48,651 nucleotides of DNA, from the NCBI GenBank assembly GCA_017503265.1, contig JAFVTK010000028.1, positions 1 through 48,651 on the forward strand, read 5' to 3'. This DNA is from Clostridia bacterium (GTDB taxonomy: Bacteria > Bacillota > Clostridia > Christensenellales > Borkfalkiaceae). Positions 18,406 through 26,852 of this stretch are shown one piece after another (positions within the stretch are counted from its first letter, which is position 1; the number at the start of each line of letters is the position of its first letter). The position numbers were made by a program, and so were the translations under genes. The notes under the pieces are model-generated. The model made no database searches, was not told where the DNA came from, and saw only the letters and a program-made list of their open reading frames with translations.

Positions 18406-18449
18406 AATAATGTACTTCTCAATGTATTTTTAGTTGTTTATCAAATTGT

Positions 18450-18490
18450 CCCCCACTTGCTATTTTTATTATAACAAGTGGGGTTTTAAA
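18450..18490 (-). other. Intercistronic hairpin between the surface/uptake genes and the cytoplasmic genes
   Basis: CCCCCACTTG (18450..18459) pairs with CAAGTGGGG (18475..18483). The T-run follows only on the + strand, so this is not a canonical terminator for the minus-strand operon. Confidence 0.35.
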
Positions 18491-18496
18491 TTTCAA
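18468..18496 (-). promoter_or_regulatory. Candidate sigmaA internal promoter (TTGAAA-17-TATAAT with a TG extension)
   Basis: On the - strand: TTGAAA (18496..18491), a 17-nt spacer ending in TGT, then TATAAT (18473..18468). It lies 63 nt upstream of the SIS start codon. Confidence 0.4.
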
Positions 18497-18505
18497 AATT
18501 TATTA

Positions 18506-20521
18506 TCAGAGAGATTCTCTCCACTTTGCTATTTCTTCGTATATAGTTGTCCAAGACCTTAATCCACCGAATTCGCCCATTTTACACAATGCTTCAAAAG
18601 AGTCTATTCGCGCAATCAATTCATCCTTTGAGAAATAACTAGAATGAAGTTTTATTTCAAGATAACGAATATACGACGTTTCTATATCTAATCTATCCAT
18701 TAACACTTGTTTTCTTTCAGGAGTTAACGTAGAGTCGTTTTCAATCGTCTTAAATCCCTTCTCGAAAATTTTCCAAACACTTTGAATAGTTGCAATAGGC
18801 CATTTTTCTAAATTTGCGGTTGCTGAGAAGTTGCCGTTATAACCGTCTTGCGCCCAGTCCAAGTAAATCAACGAAAGTCTATCCATATATTCTTGAACAC
18901 AATCCGCGCCAACGCCATAATATGCAGTCAAAAATTCTTTTGCGAGCGTATCGTAATCGGCATGAATATCCCAAAGAATACGTGTTCTCATCCACATATC
19001 AAACCAGTAGAACGAGAGATTTAACCCATAACTGTTGCCTTGGTTATATATATCTACGTAACCATAATCATAATAAGACTTTAAGTTGTCATACATAGTC
19101 ATCCAAGATGGGAAATGCTGAATCAATTCGCCAAAATTAACCGTATAATCCCAAACTGCAAAATGGTTTGCTAAAGCCTTCCAACCATTCATTTGGGAAT
19201 ATGCGTTTGCATTTTTCTCTTTGTTTAAAAGCGGGAATAAATAGCCCTCTTCAATAGGTGCGTATCTTACAACGATATTATCTCTTACTTTTACCGATTC
19301 GTCAATAGGCTGATATGCGCCATTAACCAACTTAACAGGTGGTTGAACAACCGTTAAGTAAGCAAATACTGTTAAATATATAGTTCTTTCCGGGCAATTT
19401 GCTTCTTGCCACTCTTTAACAACATCTGCAACTTGGTTCACAAATCTAATAACAAGTCCAGTACGAGTATAAGCCGAAATTCCTTCTTTACATCTTGCGC
19501 AGTTGCAGAAATCATTGTTATCACTCATTCCTAACTGGAATAAAGTTTTATCCGTCTGAACAGATACGTAGTTTTTAATTAAATTATAACACAAAGTCCA
19601 GAACAATCCGTGACTGCCGTCGGCATAGCCTTCAATCCAGTTACCATCTTCGTCAAACCACTCGCCTTTTTCATAAGCGTTCATATCGTCTAATGCTTTA
19701 GAAAAACAAAGTTGTGGATTAGTTGCGTTTGATCCACCCGCTTTACCAAAGTACCAGTCCGGATAATTTGCTCTATATTCAGAATAAGGCAATAGTTCTA
19801 GTACGAGCGACTGGTCGCTAAGCGAACTCCACCAAGTTCCTTCGCCGTACATATCCGACCATTTAGAGAACATTGAACCGTTCATATAATAATGCATCGT
19901 TTGGTCGGGATAAAACTTATTTGCATAAGTAAAAACTTCTCTATTAGGGAAATCCGGCCAGTCTTCAAAATCATACTCGTGCATTTTTATAGTTGACGAT
20001 TTATCTAATCTAATTTCGTCCGGCGTATAATACATATAATTACACTGTTTTTCAAAGAAACGGTAAACGCCGTAAATAAGTCCCGTTCTATCACCTGCAA
20101 CAATTAAAAGACCGTCTTTATACGACTTAATTTTAAATCCGTTTCTATTTATGCCGTTAGGGCCTAAAATAGCGTTTGCCTCTTCAGCCATAACGGTATC
20201 GCCGATTGAAATATATTTGGTGGATGCACTTAAATCCGCATCTGTTACTATTTCAAGTTTTACTCCGCTAACTTGTGATAACAACTGATTAAATTCAGAC
20301 GCTGCGTATTCTTCTGCCGAAACAGGTTCTTGTGGGATAAGAATTTTATAATCGCTTTCACCGTTTTCAACCAAAATTTTCGAGCCTTCTTTTATTATTT
20401 GTACCCTACCGTAATAAGTTCCGTCCCCGTTATCTTTTGCGCTATTATTACAAGCGACCAAGGAAAGACAAATTATAAAGCAGGCTATTAAACTAATTAT
20501 TTTTATCAATACTTTCTTCAT
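18506..20521 (-). CDS. Surface lipoprotein, DUF4838-type putative glycosidase (GH20b/GH67N-like N-domain plus barrel), 671 aa
   Basis: Lipobox LSLVAC-N. YKILIPQEPVSAEEYAASEFNQLLSQVSGVKLEIV is the N-domain pattern I associate with DUF4838. Has a Cys cluster CNCARC...NCP. Paralogous to the C-terminus of the 1938-aa protein. Confidence 0.7.
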   Translation of the reverse strand: MKKVLIKIISLIACFIICLSLVACNNSAKDNGDGTYYGRVQIIKEGSKILVENGESDYKILIPQEPVSAEEYAASEFNQLLSQVSGVKLEIVTDADLSASTKYISIGDTVMAEEANAILGPNGINRNGFKIKSYKDGLLIVAGDRTGLIYGVYRFFEKQCNYMYYTPDEIRLDKSSTIKMHEYDFEDWPDFPNREVFTYANKFYPDQTMHYYMNGSMFSKWSDMYGEGTWWSSLSDQSLVLELLPYSEYRANYPDWYFGKAGGSNATNPQLCFSKALDDMNAYEKGEWFDEDGNWIEGYADGSHGLFWTLCYNLIKNYVSVQTDKTLFQLGMSDNNDFCNCARCKEGISAYTRTGLVIRFVNQVADVVKEWQEANCPERTIYLTVFAYLTVVQPPVKLVNGAYQPIDESVKVRDNIVVRYAPIEEGYLFPLLNKEKNANAYSQMNGWKALANHFAVWDYTVNFGELIQHFPSWMTMYDNLKSYYDYGYVDIYNQGNSYGLNLSFYWFDMWMRTRILWDIHADYDTLAKEFLTAYYGVGADCVQEYMDRLSLIYLDWAQDGYNGNFSATANLEKWPIATIQSVWKIFEKGFKTIENDSTLTPERKQVLMDRLDIETSYIRYLEIKLHSSYFSKDELIARIDSFEALCKMGEFGGLRSWTTIYEEIAKWRESL

Positions 20522-20530
20522 AATTTCTCC

Positions 20531-23407
20531 TTATACAACGTTGATATAATAGGTTTGGACGGCGTAATTTCCGCAATTATCTTGCACGTAATAATAAATT
20601 ATCCATTCCCCTTTAATATCGGGAGTGAACGTGTGATTAGTAATCATTCTGTATGATGCGTATGGAGTTCTTGCATAGATCGCGTAAGTCAAATCACTAT
20701 CAACGTTATCCAAAACGATTGCTTTAGGTAATTCTAACGATTTTCCTAATTTAATTTTTGTCGTAACGTTGTCTTTAAGTGTAATTGAAGGTGCAATATT
20801 ATCAAAACACTCTATATTAAAACTTACATAAGTCGTATTACCTTCTTTATCATACGCCTCGATAGATACGCGATAACTACCGAAATCAGTAATTATAAAC
20901 GAACATTTTCCGTCTTTTCCAACAGCATAAGAGTCTTTTCCTTTTGTAATAGTTACGTCAATTTTACATTCGGTGTCAAATAAATCATAACTAGAATAGG
21001 TAAACGAAACAATGTCGCCGACGTTAGCAATTCTGCCAACGCTTGATAAAGAAATCGTAGGATAAGTTATATCTGTTGCATTTACGGTAAAATCTTTATT
21101 TCCACAAAAATCAGAAAACTCAACGGCAGTATTTCCGCTTGCTTTTTCGGTAAACATTTCAAAGAAAACTTTTCCGCTTGCAAATCCGTTGAAAGTTTTA
21201 CCGTTTGCATACTTGTCAATCATACAAATTGACGTATTTCCGTCGTAAATCCATCCGTTGACATAAGACAAATCGTATAAAGTTGCAGATTTTAATCCGT
21301 CAATTTTATCATTTTCAATTTCATCCAAACTACTTCTGTCAAGCGGGGCGCCGTTTATCACGAAAGATTTATCGCCTACAATCAATAAACTCTCCCTTGT
21401 GTTTTCATATTTAATAGTTAAATCAACGTAATTTTCTTTTGCCAAAGAATCGTAAAGTCTAATCTTTATTTGAGATTCCGTCGAAGAATCGTAGAAATTA
21501 AATTCAAATTGAAGATTTTCGTTACTAATTGCATTGACAAATGAAACTCTTCCCGTTTCCCCGACTGTTTTAAATACGAAGTTGTTGTTAAATTCAACCA
21601 ACTCTACGCTATTACGAATAAAATAATCACTTACAAGATTGCATTCTTTACAATTTATTAAATATTCTTTTTCAATCGTATTACTTAAATCAGTAACTTG
21701 CGACACGGTAATTTTTAATTTGTATTCCCCTTCGTTTTGAGGAACAAAACTATTAGAATCTAATAATCTATACTGACTGTCGTTAGGCTCTTTGATTTCA
21801 TATTTTACGATAGCGTCAACGGTATCACTAAAAGAAATATAGTCTATCGCTTTAAATTCAGGGACTACAACTTTCGTACCTGCCACGACGTTTTCGGGCA
21901 TTACGGGGAATTCCACCGTAGGCTTGTCGCCAAACATTGCGTTTAAGAAATAATCAAAACTAAATTCTTGACCGTAATAATCCCATACTACGTATCTTAC
22001 TGTATATACGCCTTGCTTATTTATGCAAATAATGTCTTCTTCTATTTCAACAGTTTTACCATCGTGAAAAACTTCTATTCTATAATCTTTGTTTATAGTT
22101 CCACCGTAAATAATAGGTTTTGGTAACGATATTGTTTCCCCAACAGTGCTTTTACTTTGTACTTCTCGTTCAAGACTAATTTCTATATCGGGAATAACGT
22201 GTTTGATTTCTACTGGAGTTACTAACTTGCCCGTATTGCCAAATCTGTCTTTTGACGTTGTTACAATATAGTAAATCCCTGCTTTATCAGGCGTAAATCT
22301 ACCGTTTACTACTTTGTATTCAACTTGACTTGCTTTATTGTAATTATAATAAACCTTGCTTTCAGTTTGGTTTATATACCCGTCTAAAGCGTCGTAAGCG
22401 TAAAAATCCATAACAGGCATAGGTCTATTAACTTCACCACACAATTTTCCGTCAACTTGAGTTTTTTGTATCACGGTTGGCGATATTTCGTCAACTATTT
22501 CACCCTTGGTAAAATCCATACCGTTAAATCCTAATATTGCAACGGACGCTTTTCTTCCCGAAGTAATGTTGATAAATCTAATACTCACTTCAAGTTCGTT
22601 AGACTCAAAACCCGTCCAAGGAACGTCCGTTCCAATCATGTGAGTTCCTTCATCTAAATCTCTTACTAAAAGTCTTTCGCCTTTATTTTGTCCGGTAACT
22701 GAATATACGCATTTCGTTTCTTCATCAATCGACAAAAATCCCCCGAGAGGTAAATACGGATCATATCCTTCGGGAACACCGTCTAACGCAGAGAAACAAC
22801 CTACGTGGCTTGCCTTTAACCCTGCGCCCCAGTTTCTGTTCACTTCCATAAAGCCAGCCGTAAATCCCTCAACGGATTGTCCGTTAGCACCAACTCTTCC
22901 CGACACTACATTCCTATAAGTCGACGAGTCAGGTCTGTTCGTCGTTCTAAAAACCACGTATTTATCAGGATTATTAACGTCTTTTATCGTTATTTCAAAA
23001 GATTCAAAATCGCTATCCGCAGGTCCATTAATTCCAGCATCTTTAAATGTTTGTAAATTTGTTGGAACTATAAACCATTCTACAATATTAAAATATTTTG
23101 ACAAATGGTCACGATTTAAATGAGTTTTAAAAGTAAACACAGTATTAGCCGATTCGGTTGACAAAACCAAAACTTCATCAATAGTTCCAACCGTATCAAT
23201 AGCGTCAGACTTCCTATTTATATTATATTTATCAAAAAACGGATCAATCTTTTTAAAAGCAACTTCTCCGCCATTAGAAGTTACAATTTCTTCTAAAATA
23301 ACAGCGTCTTCTTTTTCTATACTATTATCAGCATTTGCTATTACAACACATAAAGAAAGACAAATGCTCATTATTAAAGTAAAAATAAGTATAATTTTTC
23401 TTTTCAT
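20531..23407 (-). CDS. Large secreted multi-domain protein A (two copies of the unclassified module plus Ig-like DUF5011/HYR-type repeats), 958 aa
   Basis: Signal peptide MKRKIILIFTLIMSICLSLCVVIANA. Ig-like repeats carry G.Y.V.Y.V.D..GN signatures (GIYYIVTTSKDRFGN, GVYTVRYVVWDYYGQ, GSYRVSIEAYDKEGN, GEWIIYYYVQDNCGN). No C-terminal anchor. Confidence 0.8.
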   Translation of the reverse strand: MKRKIILIFTLIMSICLSLCVVIANADNSIEKEDAVILEEIVTSNGGEVAFKKIDPFFDKYNINRKSDAIDTVGTIDEVLVLSTESANTVFTFKTHLNRDHLSKYFNIVEWFIVPTNLQTFKDAGINGPADSDFESFEITIKDVNNPDKYVVFRTTNRPDSSTYRNVVSGRVGANGQSVEGFTAGFMEVNRNWGAGLKASHVGCFSALDGVPEGYDPYLPLGGFLSIDEETKCVYSVTGQNKGERLLVRDLDEGTHMIGTDVPWTGFESNELEVSIRFINITSGRKASVAILGFNGMDFTKGEIVDEISPTVIQKTQVDGKLCGEVNRPMPVMDFYAYDALDGYINQTESKVYYNYNKASQVEYKVVNGRFTPDKAGIYYIVTTSKDRFGNTGKLVTPVEIKHVIPDIEISLEREVQSKSTVGETISLPKPIIYGGTINKDYRIEVFHDGKTVEIEEDIICINKQGVYTVRYVVWDYYGQEFSFDYFLNAMFGDKPTVEFPVMPENVVAGTKVVVPEFKAIDYISFSDTVDAIVKYEIKEPNDSQYRLLDSNSFVPQNEGEYKLKITVSQVTDLSNTIEKEYLINCKECNLVSDYFIRNSVELVEFNNNFVFKTVGETGRVSFVNAISNENLQFEFNFYDSSTESQIKIRLYDSLAKENYVDLTIKYENTRESLLIVGDKSFVINGAPLDRSSLDEIENDKIDGLKSATLYDLSYVNGWIYDGNTSICMIDKYANGKTFNGFASGKVFFEMFTEKASGNTAVEFSDFCGNKDFTVNATDITYPTISLSSVGRIANVGDIVSFTYSSYDLFDTECKIDVTITKGKDSYAVGKDGKCSFIITDFGSYRVSIEAYDKEGNTTYVSFNIECFDNIAPSITLKDNVTTKIKLGKSLELPKAIVLDNVDSDLTYAIYARTPYASYRMITNHTFTPDIKGEWIIYYYVQDNCGNYAVQTYYINVV

Positions 23408-23426
23408 AAAATCCTCATATAAACAT

Positions 23427-24296
23427 TTATCCTTTTAATCCACCGATAGAAACAGAACCCATAATCTTATTTCTAAATATTAAAAAGATAATAATTATTG
23501 GCATTGAAACTAAAATACAACCCGCCATAATATAGGGAACTCCCGTAGTTTTACCTCCTGCTCCGGGGAACTGGAAAGTATGTAATGCGTACGCTACGGT
23601 TGGCGTACTTGGGAAATACATAAGTGATGCTTGCCAATCGTTCCAGTAAGTTATAAACTGCATAAGCGACAAAGCAAAGAAAGTGGGTACAACCATAGGT
23701 ATCATAATAGCGAAAAATACTTTAAAATGAGATGCACCGTCTACAAATGCCGCTTCTGCATACGTCCAACTTACACTTTTAAAAGTTGCGTAGAAAATAA
23801 GAAAGTTAGTTCCTCCGAAACCTATCTTCATCAAATAGATTCCAAGCATATTGTCATAAAAGCGCAAGGTGTTCATTATTTGAAGTTCCGCAGCGAGCGT
23901 TCCTACAACGGGTAAAATCATATTTACTACGACAAACGTATAAATAATATTTGCAATTTTCCCAGGATATTTTGATACTACGTAAGCAACTATGCAGTTT
24001 GTAAAAACGTGTATTATTGCACTTATAAAAGCATAACTTAAGCCGTTAAAAAACAATTGCGGTAACTTAATTTCTTTTACACCGTTTATTGAAACAGATA
24101 AAGCGTCAAAAACGTCTACGTAGTTAGAAAATAGCCATTTCTTTGGCAAACCGAAGGGATTTGATATGTATTCTAATCTTTGCTTTAAAGACGTTATAAA
24201 CGTCCAGATAAAAGGACAAATTAACGATATACAATATAAAATCAATAAAACAAAAAAGAATATAGAGAAAAATGAATTTAACGTTTTCTTTTTCAT
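23427..24296 (-). CDS. Carbohydrate ABC transporter permease (CUT1, LplC-like), 289 aa
   Basis: Six TM segments and the EAA loop AEAAFVDGASHFKVFFAIMIP. GGAGG SD. Confidence 0.9.
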   Translation of the reverse strand: MKKKTLNSFFSIFFFVLLILYCISLICPFIWTFITSLKQRLEYISNPFGLPKKWLFSNYVDVFDALSVSINGVKEIKLPQLFFNGLSYAFISAIIHVFTNCIVAYVVSKYPGKIANIIYTFVVVNMILPVVGTLAAELQIMNTLRFYDNMLGIYLMKIGFGGTNFLIFYATFKSVSWTYAEAAFVDGASHFKVFFAIMIPMVVPTFFALSLMQFITYWNDWQASLMYFPSTPTVAYALHTFQFPGAGGKTTGVPYIMAGCILVSMPIIIIFLIFRNKIMGSVSIGGLKG

Positions 24297-24309
24297 ATAT
24301 CCCCTCCTT

Positions 24310-25233
24310 TTAGAATTCTGCTTCTGGACCGTATTTTTCTAACACGTATTTAATAATCAACGTGATAGGTGCTGCTACAAGTGTAAACAATACGCCGAAA
24401 GCACTCGCATACGGATATGATGCAGGCGTAGAATTTTCACCTATAACCTTAACGAACATAAAATAACCTAGCGTTCCTATATCTTCCGGCGCGAAATCCC
24501 CGTAGAAATTATAGACGTGCGCTTGACTTGTGAAGAGCCCTGCAACGCCAGTTACTATAAATACGGTTATCGTTGGGAAAATAAGGGGAAAAGTTATCTG
24601 CCAAAACTCTTTCCAAAGAGAAATTCCTTCAAGTTCTCCAACTTCAATTAGTTGATCGGGAATTCTTGACATTGCTCCAAGCGACAAAATAATATTTGCG
24701 CCTATGCCAACCCAAATATTATAAACAATCATTACGCCCAATTTCGTTTCATCATAAAACACGTTAGGCGCTTGTTGCCCCATTGCAACGTATAATTTGG
24801 GAAGTAATTTGTCAACGAGATATTTAAACATTAAAGTAATAACTATCGCCGACACCATTTGTGGCAAATAACACATTATTTTAAAAATCTCCGCACCTGG
24901 GATTTTCTTATAAATAAAGTATGACGTGAATACGGAAAGCGGTAAAATTATAAGCATATTTACGCCATAAAAAATAATTGAATTTTTAGTAGCCGCTTTT
25001 ACTTCGTAGTTATTTGACAAATCATAAAAAACTTGTTTAAAGTTTCCAAAACCCCAAAATGTATAATCCCCTCTATCGTATTGCTTTAACGATAATAACA
25101 CGGAGTTTAGTTTAACCCCAACATTAAACACGCAAAAAAACAAGATTGGAATGCAAAGCATTACAAACATAAAAATATACGTATTTTTTTTGCCTGCATG
25201 CTTTGCCTTTAAGTCTTTAAAATATGCTTTCAT
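24310..25233 (-). CDS. Carbohydrate ABC transporter permease (CUT1, LplB-like), 307 aa (ATG at 25233)
   Basis: EAA-like loop EVGELEGISLWKEFWQITFP. The ATG at 25233 overlaps the SBP stop (TGATG) and has an AGGTGA SD. The ORF-track TTG at 25236 is less likely. Confidence 0.9.
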   Translation of the reverse strand: MKAYFKDLKAKHAGKKNTYIFMFVMLCIPILFFCVFNVGVKLNSVLLSLKQYDRGDYTFWGFGNFKQVFYDLSNNYEVKAATKNSIIFYGVNMLIILPLSVFTSYFIYKKIPGAEIFKIMCYLPQMVSAIVITLMFKYLVDKLLPKLYVAMGQQAPNVFYDETKLGVMIVYNIWVGIGANIILSLGAMSRIPDQLIEVGELEGISLWKEFWQITFPLIFPTITVFIVTGVAGLFTSQAHVYNFYGDFAPEDIGTLGYFMFVKVIGENSTPASYPYASAFGVLFTLVAAPITLIIKYVLEKYGPEAEF

Positions 25234-26852
25234 CAATTCTCACCTGAGTAAATCTTCTTCCAATCTTCTTTGCCCGTATTAAGTAAAGCAACCATATAAT
25301 CGCTTACGGTTAAAGACGACATCGATTTATCTTTAAATTGGTTTAACGGATTGTTAAGCGTCTTACCATCCGAAGTCACGCAACTCCATTCCCAACCCAT
25401 TTCATCAAAATAAGAACAGTTTTTGTAAATGTAGGGATTATCACAAAGATTGTAACAAATATCACTTGCTTTTAATGCTTGCCATGCAGTTTGATAATAA
25501 TAAGGCATTACTTTTAAATCGTCACTGCTCATCTCGTAATTCATAAAACGAATATTACCGCAAGTTTTGGTACAGGTAATTAAAGCCTCGTCGCTATTTA
25601 AGTATGCTAACAACTTTTTCGCGCCTTCTGCTTGTTTTGCATCCTTTTTAATATGCAATGAAGAGTTTGGCGAAGACATAAAGTAAGTTGACTTAGTCGC
25701 AAGCGCATCTTCAAACCATGGGAAAGGCATTACGCCGAATTTTCTATTCTTATACTCATCCGACATTTCAGCCATCATATCCATAGAAACTTTCGCTTCG
25801 TTATGCCAGTGTCCGCCGTCGATAAAGAAAGCGATAGGATACACGTTCTTTTGAGTTTTTGCATTTTCCATACTCATAAGATAGGTATCTTGCGCTGTTA
25901 AGTAGTCCATACTTGCGCCACCCGCTTGAGAATCGTAATAACCCTTCTTACAAATGTCGTAAGCAAACTGTAACGCATCTTTTTTACCGATAGAATTACG
26001 CAATAAATAAGCGTTTGCAGGAGTAATCTTCGTAGGTTCGCTATCACCTGCAAAAGTGTATTCTCCATTCATATGTTTAAACGTATTGAAAGCGTCAACA
26101 CCGTCTTGGGCAACAGAACAAGCGTGTAAGAAATGTTGAGAATATCCGTTGATTGACGACCAAGTAAACGGAATTACGTTTCTTTTCTTCATTCTGTCTA
26201 AAAGTTTTAAAAATTCAGCATAAGTTACAGGCAATCCGTCGTCGTAAGTTCCGGCAACGCCGTCTTGTCCAACTGATAAATCACCCGACATACTACACCA
26301 GTTTCCGTTTTTATCTAAGAAAAACTGCTTTTGGTCAAACAAACCCACGTCGTAGTTAAGCGAATAGAAACCACCGCCGAAAGGAACGTTGTAGAACTTT
26401 CCGTCGTAACTCGTTACGTAGTCTTTCATATCTCCCCACATTTTACTTGCAATAGTTTTTGTTTCCGTTACGGGGATTTTAGAGTCTGCTAAATATTCGT
26501 TAAGCGGAGTCGTAACAACGTCCGTTATGTCCATCAACTTATTTTGATCTAAATAAGAATATAAATCTAATCCACCGTAAAAAATATCTTGGTCGATCAT
26601 ATCTATTTTCTCAAGCAAAGAAGTAGAATCGTAAGATTTTGCATAATGTACGTCAACTTTATATTGCGGATACATTTGCTCAAATTTTGCAATGCTTTGA
26701 TCAAGCCATTCTCTACCCCAACCGCCTTCGTAGCAACCGAAGTAAATATGCTCTTTACCGTCGTCTTTATTTTTCTTACAACCAGCAGTACCGCAAAGCA
26801 GAGATACCGCTAATATTAACACCGTAACAATACTAATCAATCTTTTCTTCAT
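25233..26852 (-). CDS. Extracellular solute-binding lipoprotein (large LplA-type sugar SBP), 539 aa
   Basis: Lipobox LLCGTAGC-K. Size and composition are typical of family-1 SBPs for oligosaccharides. AGGAG SD. Confidence 0.88.
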   Translation of the reverse strand: MKKRLISIVTVLILAVSLLCGTAGCKKNKDDGKEHIYFGCYEGGWGREWLDQSIAKFEQMYPQYKVDVHYAKSYDSTSLLEKIDMIDQDIFYGGLDLYSYLDQNKLMDITDVVTTPLNEYLADSKIPVTETKTIASKMWGDMKDYVTSYDGKFYNVPFGGGFYSLNYDVGLFDQKQFFLDKNGNWCSMSGDLSVGQDGVAGTYDDGLPVTYAEFLKLLDRMKKRNVIPFTWSSINGYSQHFLHACSVAQDGVDAFNTFKHMNGEYTFAGDSEPTKITPANAYLLRNSIGKKDALQFAYDICKKGYYDSQAGGASMDYLTAQDTYLMSMENAKTQKNVYPIAFFIDGGHWHNEAKVSMDMMAEMSDEYKNRKFGVMPFPWFEDALATKSTYFMSSPNSSLHIKKDAKQAEGAKKLLAYLNSDEALITCTKTCGNIRFMNYEMSSDDLKVMPYYYQTAWQALKASDICYNLCDNPYIYKNCSYFDEMGWEWSCVTSDGKTLNNPLNQFKDKSMSSLTVSDYMVALLNTGKEDWKKIYSGEN

